Under the pieces are notes generated by a model. The model saw nothing but the letters and a program-made list of their open reading frames with translations, made no database searches and had not been told where the DNA came from. A stretch of DNA of 64,000 bases from Candidatus Acidiferrales bacterium (lineage in GTDB: Bacteria; Acidobacteriota; Terriglobia; Terriglobales; Acidobacteriaceae), in NCBI GenBank assembly GCA_035553195.1, contig DATNDP010000221.1, forward strand, positions 11,379 through 75,378, read 5' to 3'. Numbering within the stretch: position 1 is the first letter of the stretch; every line of letters begins with the position of its first letter. Shown here in pieces: positions 41,013 to 50,643 of this stretch. The position numbers were made by a program, and so were the translations under genes.

Positions 41013-42554
41013 ATGATGCAGTACTTTGCGAGTTTCCTGGCAAGCATCGTGGTTTCCGCGTGCCTGACCTGGCTGGTGCGCAATGTAGCCAGACGTTGTG
41101 GACTCGTCAAACTTCCTGACTCGCCCCGTCACATTCACTCCACTCCCATTCCACGCCTTGGCGGCTTCGCCGTTTTTACCTCATTTCTCGCGCTGTTTAT
41201 TTCCTATTTGGTTGCTGCCCGACATGGATGGGGCATCTCTCCAAACAATGGAGACGTGATCCGGGTTGTCATTATCGCAACAGTATTTTTCCTGGTCGGT
41301 TTGGTGGATGATCTCATTTCGGTTGTGCCATGGGTAAAACTGGCGGTCGAAATTGGGGGTGGTGTTGCTCTCTACCTTTCCGGGATTCATTTTGGCTTCT
41401 GTTCCACTCAGAGGTGGATGCACGGTTCCGCGGCTATTTGCCTCGGCTTAACTGTAGTTTGGGTCGTCCTGATCTGCAATGCAATCAACCTTATTGATGG
41501 ACTTGACGGTCTGGCTGCTGGGGCGGCTCTGTTTTCCATGGTCACGATTTTTACTCTGGCTGCGGCAGGTCGACCGGGGGTAGCAACGGCGACCACCATT
41601 CTGGCGGGCAGCCTCTTCGGCTTCCTGATCTTTAACTTCAATCCCGCATCCATCTTCCTGGGGGATTCTGGCAGTCTCTTTGTGGGTTTTGTCCTCAGCG
41701 CGTTTGTGCTGGCGGAATCGCAGCGCCAGACTTCAACGCTGGACAGCATCATTGTTCCAGTCGTCTCTTTTGCACTTCCTTTGACGGACGTGGCACTCAG
41801 CTTCCTCCGCCGATTCCTTAGTGGCCATTCTATTTTCGGAGCTGACCGGGAGCACATTCACCATAAGTTGCTTGAGCTTGGACTTACACAGCGTCAGGTG
41901 GTCTGGGTTCTTTACGGAATCTCTGCTCTTTGTGCTGTACTGAGCCTCTTCCTGCTCAACCCATCGCCGGTGGTTTTTGTACCGGTAGGTGCGATCCTGT
42001 TGCTGCTCGTCTTCTTCGGGCTGCGCAAGCTCAAGTATCCAGAATTCAGGGAATTCCAACGCGTTGGGCGGCGTTTGAAGCTGCAGAAGAAAGTTTTTGC
42101 CCGCAACATCGCATTGCGGAAAGCTGCTGCCGGCTTGCAAAGCTCGCGCAACGTTGCCTCGATCGCCGAGCTGCTGGAGGAGTGCCTGGCCGGCGATTTT
42201 GACGGGTTCGAGATCGTTCTCGATGACCGCTTTGCGCCCGGCCAGTTATTCGACAGCTACGGAGACGGACGCTCAATCAAGGTTCACTGGCGTTCCAGCA
42301 AGGAGCGCCTGGTACTTACGCTTGATCTCTGCACTTCCCGGCGGCGTCCAATAGGCCAATTATCTCTTTATCAGGGTACTGGGCGGCTTCTCTTGATCGA
42401 TGCCGAGCTCCTGAAAGGGGCGTTTCGTCATTCGCTGGAGCGAGCGGTCCAGAATACGATTGCCGCCCCTGTGCTCACCCGAGTACCGCTCTCCTCAGTA
42501 CTCGAAACAGCCGAGACCCCGGTGCCAGCCGGCGCTTACGACAATGACATTTAA
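41013..42554 (+). CDS. glycosyltransferase family 4 polyprenyl-phosphate sugar-1-phosphate transferase (WecA/MraY family) with a long C-terminal extension
   Basis: Motifs VDDL, NAINLIDGLDGLA and FLGDSGSLF are present, with about 11 TM helices followed by roughly 170 soluble C-terminal residues. Confidence 0.85.
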   Translation: MMQYFASFLASIVVSACLTWLVRNVARRCGLVKLPDSPRHIHSTPIPRLGGFAVFTSFLALFISYLVAARHGWGISPNNGDVIRVVIIATVFFLVGLVDDLISVVPWVKLAVEIGGGVALYLSGIHFGFCSTQRWMHGSAAICLGLTVVWVVLICNAINLIDGLDGLAAGAALFSMVTIFTLAAAGRPGVATATTILAGSLFGFLIFNFNPASIFLGDSGSLFVGFVLSAFVLAESQRQTSTLDSIIVPVVSFALPLTDVALSFLRRFLSGHSIFGADREHIHHKLLELGLTQRQVVWVLYGISALCAVLSLFLLNPSPVVFVPVGAILLLLVFFGLRKLKYPEFREFQRVGRRLKLQKKVFARNIALRKAAAGLQSSRNVASIAELLEECLAGDFDGFEIVLDDRFAPGQLFDSYGDGRSIKVHWRSSKERLVLTLDLCTSRRRPIGQLSLYQGTGRLLLIDAELLKGAFRHSLERAVQNTIAAPVLTRVPLSSVLETAETPVPAGAYDNDI

Positions 42555-42845
42555 TATCATACGAAGTTGGTGAGCGGCATATAGCTACAAAGCTCTCATT
42601 GCGACATGGAGCGATGGTAATCGCGTTCAGCAACGCTGCCTGCAGCGACTAAAACGTCCGCTGTTCGATTTCGCACAGTAAAATGCACAAGCGAACAGCA
42701 GTGTTGTGTTCAATACTGCAACATACCGTCGCAACACACTGAATGCAAACGGGTTGCTCAACAATCGTATTCGGCATAAAACGTGCCATTCTGGTAGCGT
42801 GCCCCACCCTGAGGAAGATCTGAAGCTGCCGAGGGAGCCGCTACT

Positions 42846-43307
42846 ATGAACGAGCTAAGGAGATCGAGGTTAGGTTTGCTGTTGGGAATGGGTCTGCTGG
42901 TGCTCAATGCCTTTGCCGCCTGGAACGGTGCCTCGCCGGATCGATCTCAGAAGAAAGACCCCATAAGCAGCCACATCAGCATTTTAAAAACAGGGAAGGT
43001 GCAGGAAAAAGCAGCAGCAGCCTATTGGTTGGGACAACAGCACACGGCCGCTGCACCGGCTGTAAATTTGCTGGTTGAATTGCTCGGCGACAGCAGTGAA
43101 GTCAACCCTGTGAAATACCGTTCCAGCCCAATACCCACAAAGATGACTCTGGGCGAAGAAGCAGCGGCTGCCTTGGTCAATATTGGCCACCCTTCTATAG
43201 ACGCGCTCATTCGAGTCTTGAAGACCTCTCCACTGGCCGAAGCACGCAAGAACGCGGCGTGGGCTCTGGGAGCATTGCACGACACCGGGGCGACGGCTCA
43301 GATTTAG
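42846..43307 (+). CDS. secreted HEAT-repeat protein
   Basis: Signal peptide plus HEAT/PBS-lyase-like repeats (AAAYWLGQQ...[11 protein letters not shown]; [12 protein letters not shown]). Confidence 0.65.
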   Translation: MNELRRSRLGLLLGMGLLVLNAFAAWNGASPDRSQKKDPISSHISILKTGKVQEKAAAAYWLGQQHTAAAPAVNLLVELLGDSSEVNPVKYRSSPIPTKMTLGEEAAAALVNIGHPSIDALIRVLKTSPLAEARKNAAWALGALHDTGATAQI

Positions 43308-43383
43308 CAGCCATTTGCAACCAGACAGGAATCCAGCCCGAATGAGCTGGACTGCATTCACTCAAAAGAGAGGTGAAAGCGGG

Positions 43384-45894
43384 ATGCACATTTTGTTTCA
43401 GGACGTCCGTTACGCTTTGCGCATGTTGCGCAAGAACCCGGGTTTCGCAACTGTGGCAGTCGTCACGCTCGCGCTGGGTATTGGAGCCAACACTGCAATC
43501 TTCAGCTTGATCAACGCCGTCCTGCTGAAATCTCTTGCCGTTCAGGATGCCCACCAGTTAGTGATTGTCAGCGATCCCGCAATGGCGAACAGCAGGAGCA
43601 TCGGTACTCCGCGAACTGATATCTATTCTTATCCGCTCTACCGGGATCTGCGGGATGGCAACAATGTTTTTTCCGGAATGGCTGCATCAGGGCAAGAACA
43701 CCGTGTGACAGTGGAAACTGGGGCAACCGGCGTTGTCACCGATGACGCGACCATAAATCTTGTAACCAGCAATTACTTTTCCGTGCTCGGAGTTTCGCCG
43801 TTTCGCGGACGCACGCTGGTGCCGGATGATGATCGAGCCAAATCATCGAACCCGGTCGCCGTGGTCAGCTACGAGTTCTGGATCAGAAAACTTGCCGAAG
43901 ATCCTGCTATTGTCGGGCAAACGGTTCGGCTCAACAAGTACCCTTACGTCGTAGTTGGCATAGCCGCACCCGGATTTTTCGGGGATACCGTGGGCGAGAA
44001 GCAGGATTTCTGGATACCTGTAACCATGCAGCCCCAGGTGATGCCGGGACGGCCCTGGCTGGATAACGTTCAAGCCTCTTGGCTTCGGGTGATGGCGCGT
44101 CTGAAGCCAGGTGTAAGCAGAGGCCAGGCCGAAGCTAACTTAAACGTCCTGTTTCAACAATGGCTGCAAGGTCCGCAAGGGCGCTCCCTCGATCCCGGGG
44201 ATCAGCAAGCGCTTAAGCAGGAAAAAATATCTGTTGTTGCCGGAGCCGGGGGTTTCTCCGGGCTGCGGCCAGAGTTCTCTCGCCCGCTGGTTCTCCTGAT
44301 GGCGATCGTCGGCCTTGTTTTGCTGATTGCTTGTGTCAACGTGGCAAATCTTATGCTGGCGCGGGCCAATTCACGTCAGCGCGAGATTGCGGTCCGCCTG
44401 GCGATCGGCGCCAGCCCGCGCCATCTGATCCGGCAAATGCTGACGGAAAGCGTCTTGCTTGCCTTTGCCGGTGGAATTGCCGGATTGCTGCTCGCGGGTT
44501 GGGGCACGCAAAGCCTGTTGAAGCTGAGCTTAAGCGCGCGCGCGGCCGAGGGATTCACTGCAAATCCGGACTGGCGCGTGCTGGTTTTCACCGCTGCTGT
44601 GTGCCTTTTGACCGGGCTGCTCTTTGGCTTGGCGCCCGCCTTGCGTTCAGCCAAGCTCGCAGTGGCGCCCACACTGAAAGAGAACACCGTGGCGCAGGCC
44701 GGTTCCGGGCGGTTTCCACTTGGCAAAATTCTGGTCGCCTCGCAGGTTGCTATTTGTCTGCTGGTCTTGTTTGCTGCCGGGCTGCTGGTGCATAGCCTCA
44801 AGAATCTCAGAGATCTCGATCTGGGATACAGCCGCGACAACGTTCTGATGGCGCGCGTCGATCCGGTTGCCGGTGGATACAAGCCCGCGCAGCTGATCGA
44901 ATATCAACGTGAGATGAGTTCGCGGCTCGCATCGCTCCCCGGAGTACGTAGCGTTACAGCTTCAGAAAACGGTTTGTTCAGTGGTACCGAATCTGCAGAC
45001 GCTATGAAGATCGAAGGTTACACCGCCTCGCGTGATAAAGACCGAGTGGTGTATTGGGACCAAGTCGGGGTTGGTTACTTTCATGCATTGGGAATTCCCA
45101 TTCTGATGGGGCGAGAATTTGGTCCTCAGGACACGCCGACTTCTATGAAGGTCGCGGTCATCAATGAGACCATGGCGAAATTCTACTTTGGCAACTCCAA
45201 CCCGATCGGCCGCAAGATGTGGATTGACGATCAACAGCACAAGGACCAGCCAATGGAGATCGTCGGAGTGGCCCGTGATGTGCGCGATCATACGATCCGC
45301 GGGCCGGTCCAGCGCCGCTTTTACGTGCCCACGGGGCAGGCTTTGGATGCCCTGTACGCCATCAATTTCGAAATTCAAACCGCCGGCAAACCTCAAGATC
45401 TCACCGAACCTGTGCGAAAAGCCTTTGCTGCACTAGACGCAAATGTGCCGGTTTCGCGAATTCGCACTCTGAACGAGTTGGTGGACTCTTCTATTTCCAA
45501 CAACATTCTGGTGGCGCGTCTTTCCACATTTTTCGGTGTCCTGGCTCTAATGCTGGCCTGCATAGGACTCTACGGAGTCATGTCGTACACCGTGAGCCGC
45601 CGCACACGTGAAATTGGGGTGCGCATGGCGCTGGGAGCGCAGCGAACGCAGGTGCTCGGCATGGTGCTGAATGAAGGATTGAAGCTTGTGCTGATAGGAA
45701 TTGTCATTGGAATTCCTGTGGCGTTGCTCTCGACTCGCATTTTCAGTTCTATGCTCTTCGGCCTGAGCGCGGCAGACCCGCTCTCAATGCTGACGGTGAT
45801 TGCGATCTTGGGCAGCATCGCGACATTGGCAGGGCTAATACCTGCGAGGCGCGCAACAAAAGTGGACCCTATGGTGGCCCTACGTTATGAATAG
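43384..45894 (+). CDS. ADOP-family duplicated FtsX/MacB-like ABC permease
   Basis: The N-terminus [37 protein letters not shown] is followed by two MacB-periplasmic plus FtsX (4-TM) halves. The C-terminus ends [17 protein letters not shown]. Confidence 0.9.
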   Translation: MHILFQDVRYALRMLRKNPGFATVAVVTLALGIGANTAIFSLINAVLLKSLAVQDAHQLVIVSDPAMANSRSIGTPRTDIYSYPLYRDLRDGNNVFSGMAASGQEHRVTVETGATGVVTDDATINLVTSNYFSVLGVSPFRGRTLVPDDDRAKSSNPVAVVSYEFWIRKLAEDPAIVGQTVRLNKYPYVVVGIAAPGFFGDTVGEKQDFWIPVTMQPQVMPGRPWLDNVQASWLRVMARLKPGVSRGQAEANLNVLFQQWLQGPQGRSLDPGDQQALKQEKISVVAGAGGFSGLRPEFSRPLVLLMAIVGLVLLIACVNVANLMLARANSRQREIAVRLAIGASPRHLIRQMLTESVLLAFAGGIAGLLLAGWGTQSLLKLSLSARAAEGFTANPDWRVLVFTAAVCLLTGLLFGLAPALRSAKLAVAPTLKENTVAQAGSGRFPLGKILVASQVAICLLVLFAAGLLVHSLKNLRDLDLGYSRDNVLMARVDPVAGGYKPAQLIEYQREMSSRLASLPGVRSVTASENGLFSGTESADAMKIEGYTASRDKDRVVYWDQVGVGYFHALGIPILMGREFGPQDTPTSMKVAVINETMAKFYFGNSNPIGRKMWIDDQQHKDQPMEIVGVARDVRDHTIRGPVQRRFYVPTGQALDALYAINFEIQTAGKPQDLTEPVRKAFAALDANVPVSRIRTLNELVDSSISNNILVARLSTFFGVLALMLACIGLYGVMSYTVSRRTREIGVRMALGAQRTQVLGMVLNEGLKLVLIGIVIGIPVALLSTRIFSSMLFGLSAADPLSMLTVIAILGSIATLAGLIPARRATKVDPMVALRYE

Positions 45895-45911
45895 AGCCTG
45901 AGGACAAACGC

Positions 45912-48353
45912 GTGCTGGCGAATTTGGGACAAGATATCCGATATGGCTTGCGAGTGCTGCGCAAAGCGCCCGCATTCACTGCTGTCGCCGTGATTACCCT
46001 CGCTCTTGGGATAGGCGCCAATGCTGCTATGTTCGCGGTGTTCAGCGCGTTTATCCTTCGGCCATTACCATTTCGTGATCCTGACAAGCTGGTTGCGCTC
46101 TGGGATAAACGGCCTGGGATGAGGGGCGGCATGGATGGTTTATTTCTCTCCCCCCTCACGCACTACAGAGCGCTCCTGGACCAATCCCACACGCTCCAAG
46201 ACGTGGCTGCGTTTCAGCGCTACGCGCCGCGTCTGGCAGGTCCTTCAGGGTCCACGAAAATTGAAGCCATCAAATGCAGCGCAAATCTTCTCCAATTGCT
46301 TGGTTTCAGAGTAGCCGCAGGCCGCAGTTTTTCAGCAGATGAGACTACGGCGGGCCGGAACAATGTCATAGTCATTACGGCTGGCTATGCGTTGGATCAT
46401 TTCGGCTCTTTGAAGGGCGCTGTCGGCAAGTCACTCACGCTGGACGGAGCCGCTCATGTGATCGTGGGAGTTCTGCCGCAGGGCTTCCGCATGCCCAATC
46501 TCATGGAAGGGGAAATGCGACTCAATCCTCAGTTGCTGCTCCCCCTTGACACCTCGGCTACAGCAGCGGGCAAGCCAGGACCATTTGTAAGCATGGTAGC
46601 CCGGGTGAAGCCGAACTTCACTTTGGATCAGGCCCGCTCTGATCTTGCCGTGATTGCGCAGCAGTTTCGCAAGGAGGACATCCATGGGTTAACTCCCGTA
46701 ACCGGAGTTAGTGTTCTCTCTTTGCGATCAGAAGATCGGAGCCCGGATTCAACCAAACGGTTGCTGATTTTTCAGGGAGCCGTTGTCTTTATCTTGTTGA
46801 TCGCCTGCGCGAATATCGCAAATTTGCTGCTGGCCCGCGCTACAGAAAGGAAAAAGGAAGTGGCGGTAAGGCTGGCGCTTGGCGCGTCCCGTGCTCGCAT
46901 CATGGCCCAAATGCTTACTGAAAGCATCACACTTGGTGTTCTCGGCAGCATTGCCGGCCTGCTTCTGGGCCAATGGCTTGTTGTCCTGGTTGTTGACGTT
47001 GGGCCGGGAGATTTTCTTCAGGGGCACATTCCAGCCATCGATTCCAGCGTACTGCTATTCACTGTTTTCGCCACAGTGATCACGAGTATCTTGTTCGGTT
47101 TGGCTCCGGCTGTGCACACTTTGCGGCAGAAAATACAGGAAGCTCTAGCTCGAACGGGGAGAGTGGCAAGCAGTCAGGGGAGCAGGATCCGTTCTGTTCT
47201 TGTCGTCGCGGAGTTGTCTCTTGCGCTGATGCTGCTGGTTGGCGCGGGCCTTTTGATCAGAACTCTTCGAGCGGTCCATGGCGTCGATCCCGGTTTTCAG
47301 CCGGAACATTTGCTAACTGCCGTTATTCAACTTCCTCCCGATAAGTACAAAGTTGACCTGAAAACTGGTGACAACGGAAAGCTTTCCAGTTTCTCGAACG
47401 AGCTGCTTACCCGAGTACGCGCTCTCCCCGGCGTAGAGTCTGCGACTGCTTCAGGTTCCCTGCCAATGAGCACGATTGAGTTGACAACGTTTCACGTAGA
47501 AGGGCAATCGAACGAGGACCAGCGTAGCGTCGATATGGCCAGCGTACGTGATGATTACTTTAAGACAATGGGCATCCCTGTTGTAGAAGGGCGCGATTTC
47601 AGCCTTCAGGACCTGCAGCAAAAAAACAAGGTCGTTGTCGTGAGCAAGAACCTGGCGAAGACCCTTTGGCCTGGTCAGGATCCAATAGGACGAAAAATCA
47701 TCACGGGCAGAAAGAGCGACGATGCCTTTACGGTTATAGGCATCGCTCAAGACACTCATGATCTTGGCTTGGACGCACCGCCGACAGCAACTATTTATCG
47801 AATTGCTGCACCCCAACATCTGTTTGTCATTCTGCGCACAATGGGCGATCCGAATCTGCTCGCCAAGCCCCTTCGCGAACAGGTTGCCGCAGTCGACGAA
47901 GATGTCCCGGTAAGCGACATTGTTCCTATGGAGGAGGTGGTCGAGAGCACCTTCCAGAATCGTCGGTTTCAAATGTGGCTGTTCATTGTGTTTTCAGCAC
48001 TGGCGTTGGGCCTTGCTGCGGTTGGGCTGTATGGGCTTCTTGCCTATATTGTCAGTGCTCGGACCCGGGAAATTGGCATTCGTATGGCGTTGGGCGCCCA
48101 GGTCACGGATGTGCTGCAGATGGTCATCAGGCAAGGATTAACACTCGCTCTTGTGGGAGCCATGGTCGGATTGGCGGCCGCTGGAGCGCTCTCCCGGCTG
48201 ATGTCAAACCTCGTGTTTGGAGTGAAAACCATTGATCCGGTGACGTACGCTGCGACCGCCGGTATCCTGATTCTGGTGGCCGTTTTCGCCTGCTACATTC
48301 CAGCTCGACGCGCAGCCAGGGTAGATCCAATGGTGGCTCTGCGCTGCGAATGA
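45912..48353 (+). CDS. ADOP-family duplicated FtsX/MacB-like ABC permease (tandem paralog)
   Basis: GTG start. The N-terminus [36 protein letters not shown] and the C-terminus [17 protein letters not shown] show the same architecture as the upstream gene. Confidence 0.9.
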   Translation: MLANLGQDIRYGLRVLRKAPAFTAVAVITLALGIGANAAMFAVFSAFILRPLPFRDPDKLVALWDKRPGMRGGMDGLFLSPLTHYRALLDQSHTLQDVAAFQRYAPRLAGPSGSTKIEAIKCSANLLQLLGFRVAAGRSFSADETTAGRNNVIVITAGYALDHFGSLKGAVGKSLTLDGAAHVIVGVLPQGFRMPNLMEGEMRLNPQLLLPLDTSATAAGKPGPFVSMVARVKPNFTLDQARSDLAVIAQQFRKEDIHGLTPVTGVSVLSLRSEDRSPDSTKRLLIFQGAVVFILLIACANIANLLLARATERKKEVAVRLALGASRARIMAQMLTESITLGVLGSIAGLLLGQWLVVLVVDVGPGDFLQGHIPAIDSSVLLFTVFATVITSILFGLAPAVHTLRQKIQEALARTGRVASSQGSRIRSVLVVAELSLALMLLVGAGLLIRTLRAVHGVDPGFQPEHLLTAVIQLPPDKYKVDLKTGDNGKLSSFSNELLTRVRALPGVESATASGSLPMSTIELTTFHVEGQSNEDQRSVDMASVRDDYFKTMGIPVVEGRDFSLQDLQQKNKVVVVSKNLAKTLWPGQDPIGRKIITGRKSDDAFTVIGIAQDTHDLGLDAPPTATIYRIAAPQHLFVILRTMGDPNLLAKPLREQVAAVDEDVPVSDIVPMEEVVESTFQNRRFQMWLFIVFSALALGLAAVGLYGLLAYIVSARTREIGIRMALGAQVTDVLQMVIRQGLTLALVGAMVGLAAAGALSRLMSNLVFGVKTIDPVTYAATAGILILVAVFACYIPARRAARVDPMVALRCE

Positions 48354-48519
48354 GAGAATAAAGAGGGATTGAGTAATTGTAAGTTGGTAATTGGCTTTAT
48401 TGAACGTACGACAGGGGTTGTTGCATGACGCCGACACAATTTACCAGTTACGAAATCACCCAATTATCAAATTGACCGGATCCGCCGTTATTTCGCGGAG
48501 TGTGTTTAAGGACCAGACC

Positions 48520-49215
48520 TTGATTCAACTTCGTAATATAGAAAAAACCGTTAAGAGCCCGGCTGGTACAGCCTGGCTGCTGCGACGAATTAACCTGAAT
48601 ATCCGAGAAGGTGAATTTGTCACCATCATGGGACCGTCCGGCGCGGGGAAGACGACGTTGTTGAGCATTGTCGGGATGCTCGATGATGGTTGGGCCGGCG
48701 AATATGTCTTTGCGGATCAGCTCGTGCACAAGCTGGACCGCAAAAAGCGCGCTGATTTGAATCGGCGTTACATCGGATTCGTCTTCCAAAGCTATCACCT
48801 GTTGGACAATCTGACGGTCCAGGAAAATATCGACGTGCCGTTGAGCTACCGTGATATTCCGCGCGCTCAGCGGGCCTCCATGGTCGCCGACATTCTGGAC
48901 CGGTTCCAGATCGTCGGGAAGAAGGACCTGTATCCCAACCAGCTTTCCGGCGGGCAGCAGCAGCTCGTCGGTGTCGCGCGCGCGGTGGCCGGAAATCCCA
49001 AGCTGATCCTGGCCGATGAGCCCACGGGAAACCTGCATTCCGCCCAGGCAAAAGAGATCATGGAGCTGTTTCGCAGATTGAACGAGCAGGGTACGACTAT
49101 TGTTCAGGTGACGCATTCTGAAGCGAACGCCGCATACGGAAACCGCGTGATTCAGCTTAAGGACGGGTGGATTGTGGAAGACACGGCAGCAACGCCGGGC
49201 AGCGCTACTGCCTGA
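48520..49215 (+). CDS. ABC transporter ATP-binding protein (MacB/LolD type)
   Basis: Walker A GPSGAGKTT, Q-loop, signature LSGGQQQ, Walker B LILADEPT and H-loop VTHS. TTG 48520 gives MIQLRNIEK; GTG 48502 is an alternative. The track ORF start at 48391 is probably too far upstream. Confidence 0.85.
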   Translation: MIQLRNIEKTVKSPAGTAWLLRRINLNIREGEFVTIMGPSGAGKTTLLSIVGMLDDGWAGEYVFADQLVHKLDRKKRADLNRRYIGFVFQSYHLLDNLTVQENIDVPLSYRDIPRAQRASMVADILDRFQIVGKKDLYPNQLSGGQQQLVGVARAVAGNPKLILADEPTGNLHSAQAKEIMELFRRLNEQGTTIVQVTHSEANAAYGNRVIQLKDGWIVEDTAATPGSATA

Positions 49216-49233
49216 TTTTGGGGGAGAACGCAG

Positions 49234-50643
49234 GTGGCAACGAAGGTCCAGGAAGTGGAAAACACGACGGCGATTGTAACGGCGAAAGTGGAGCCGGTGC
49301 GGGTCCTCATTGCTGACGATCAGGCTGATGTGCGTGAAGCCCTGCGCCTGTTGCTCAAAGCCGAAGGATACAGCACCGAGACGGTTAACAGCCCGAATGC
49401 CACGCTGGATTCAATCCAGCACGGAGATTTCGATGTCGTGCTGATGGACCTGAACTATCAGCGCGATACCACTTCCGGGCAGGAAGGAATTGACCTGCTG
49501 TCGCGCGTGCAGTCGCTGGACAGTCGCCTGCCCATTGTCGTGATGACGGCCTGGGGCAGCGTAGAACTCGCTGTGGAAGCCATGCGCCGCGGTGCGCGCG
49601 ACTTCATCCAGAAACCCTGGGACAATGCTCGGCTGCTCTCCATTATCCGCACGCAAGTGGATCTATACCGCACCATGCGTCGTGCTGAGCGACTGGAGGC
49701 GGAGAATCGGCTGCTTCGCGCACAAAACCGTCCCGTGTTCATTGCAGAATCAAAGGCGATGGAGCCGCTGCTTACGTTGATCAGCCGTATTGGCCCGAGC
49801 GACGCAAACGTGCTCATCACCGGCGAGCATGGCACAGGCAAGGAAGTCGTCGCCCAGACGCTGCACGTCATGTCGCCGCGCAGCAGCCGCCCTATGATTA
49901 CCGTCAATACGGGCGGCTTGCCGGAAGGAACTTTCGAAAGCGAACTGTTCGGCCACGTGAAAGGCGCATTTACTGACGCGCGCACCGATCGCGTCGGTCG
50001 TTTTGAACTGGCTGACCACGGCACGTTGTTCCTCGACGAAATTGCAAATGTGCCTCTGAAACAGCAGGCCAAGCTACTGCGTGTCCTCGAAACCGGAGAA
50101 ATGGAACGGGTGGGTTCTTCACGCACTCACAGAGTGGACGTTCGCGTTCTCTCGGCCACCAATGCTGACTTGAAGGTGGAAAGCGCTGAAGGCCGGTTTC
50201 GTTCCGATCTCCTATTTCGGCTGAACACGGTTGAGCTCCACATACCGCCGCTCCGCGAGCGGAAAGAGGACATCCCACTTCTGGCGGCGCATTTCCTGAC
50301 GGCGTACGCGCAACGCTACCGCAAACCGGTATTGGGATTCGATCCTGCCGCCATGCAGAAGATGCTGGATCATCCATGGCCGGGAAATGTGCGAGAACTG
50401 GACCATGCCACCGAACGCGCTGTCCTGATTACAACCAGCGAACAGATTCAGCCCGGCGATCTGGGACTGGAAAGCGAACGCGCTGCATCGGCGAAGATTG
50501 AGGATATGAGCCTGGAGGAAGTGGAGAGCCTCCTGATCAAGAAGGCGCTTTCACGCCACTCCGGTAATATCAGTCATGCCGCGGACGCGCTCGGGTTGAG
50601 CCGCAGCGCTCTTTACCGCCGCATGCAAAAGTATGGCGTCTGA
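49234..50643 (+). CDS. sigma-54-dependent response regulator (NtrC family)
   Basis: Receiver domain (VLIADDQ..., VLMDLNY), AAA+ domain with GEHGTGKE and a GAFTDA (GAFTGA-type) loop, and a C-terminal Fis-type HTH (LGLSRSALYRRMQKYG). Confidence 0.9.
   Translation: MATKVQEVENTTAIVTAKVEPVRVLIADDQADVREALRLLLKAEGYSTETVNSPNATLDSIQHGDFDVVLMDLNYQRDTTSGQEGIDLLSRVQSLDSRLPIVVMTAWGSVELAVEAMRRGARDFIQKPWDNARLLSIIRTQVDLYRTMRRAERLEAENRLLRAQNRPVFIAESKAMEPLLTLISRIGPSDANVLITGEHGTGKEVVAQTLHVMSPRSSRPMITVNTGGLPEGTFESELFGHVKGAFTDARTDRVGRFELADHGTLFLDEIANVPLKQQAKLLRVLETGEMERVGSSRTHRVDVRVLSATNADLKVESAEGRFRSDLLFRLNTVELHIPPLRERKEDIPLLAAHFLTAYAQRYRKPVLGFDPAAMQKMLDHPWPGNVRELDHATERAVLITTSEQIQPGDLGLESERAASAKIEDMSLEEVESLLIKKALSRHSGNISHAADALGLSRSALYRRMQKYGV

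Noticed and set aside
43304-43319. Possible sigma-54 promoter (TTAGCAGCCATTTGCA) upstream of the first ADOP permease.
   Set aside because: The -12 half (TTTGCA) is good, but the -24 half lacks the invariant GG at the required spacing. AG replaces GG and the element is shifted by 1 nt, so it does not meet the GG-N10-GC rule.
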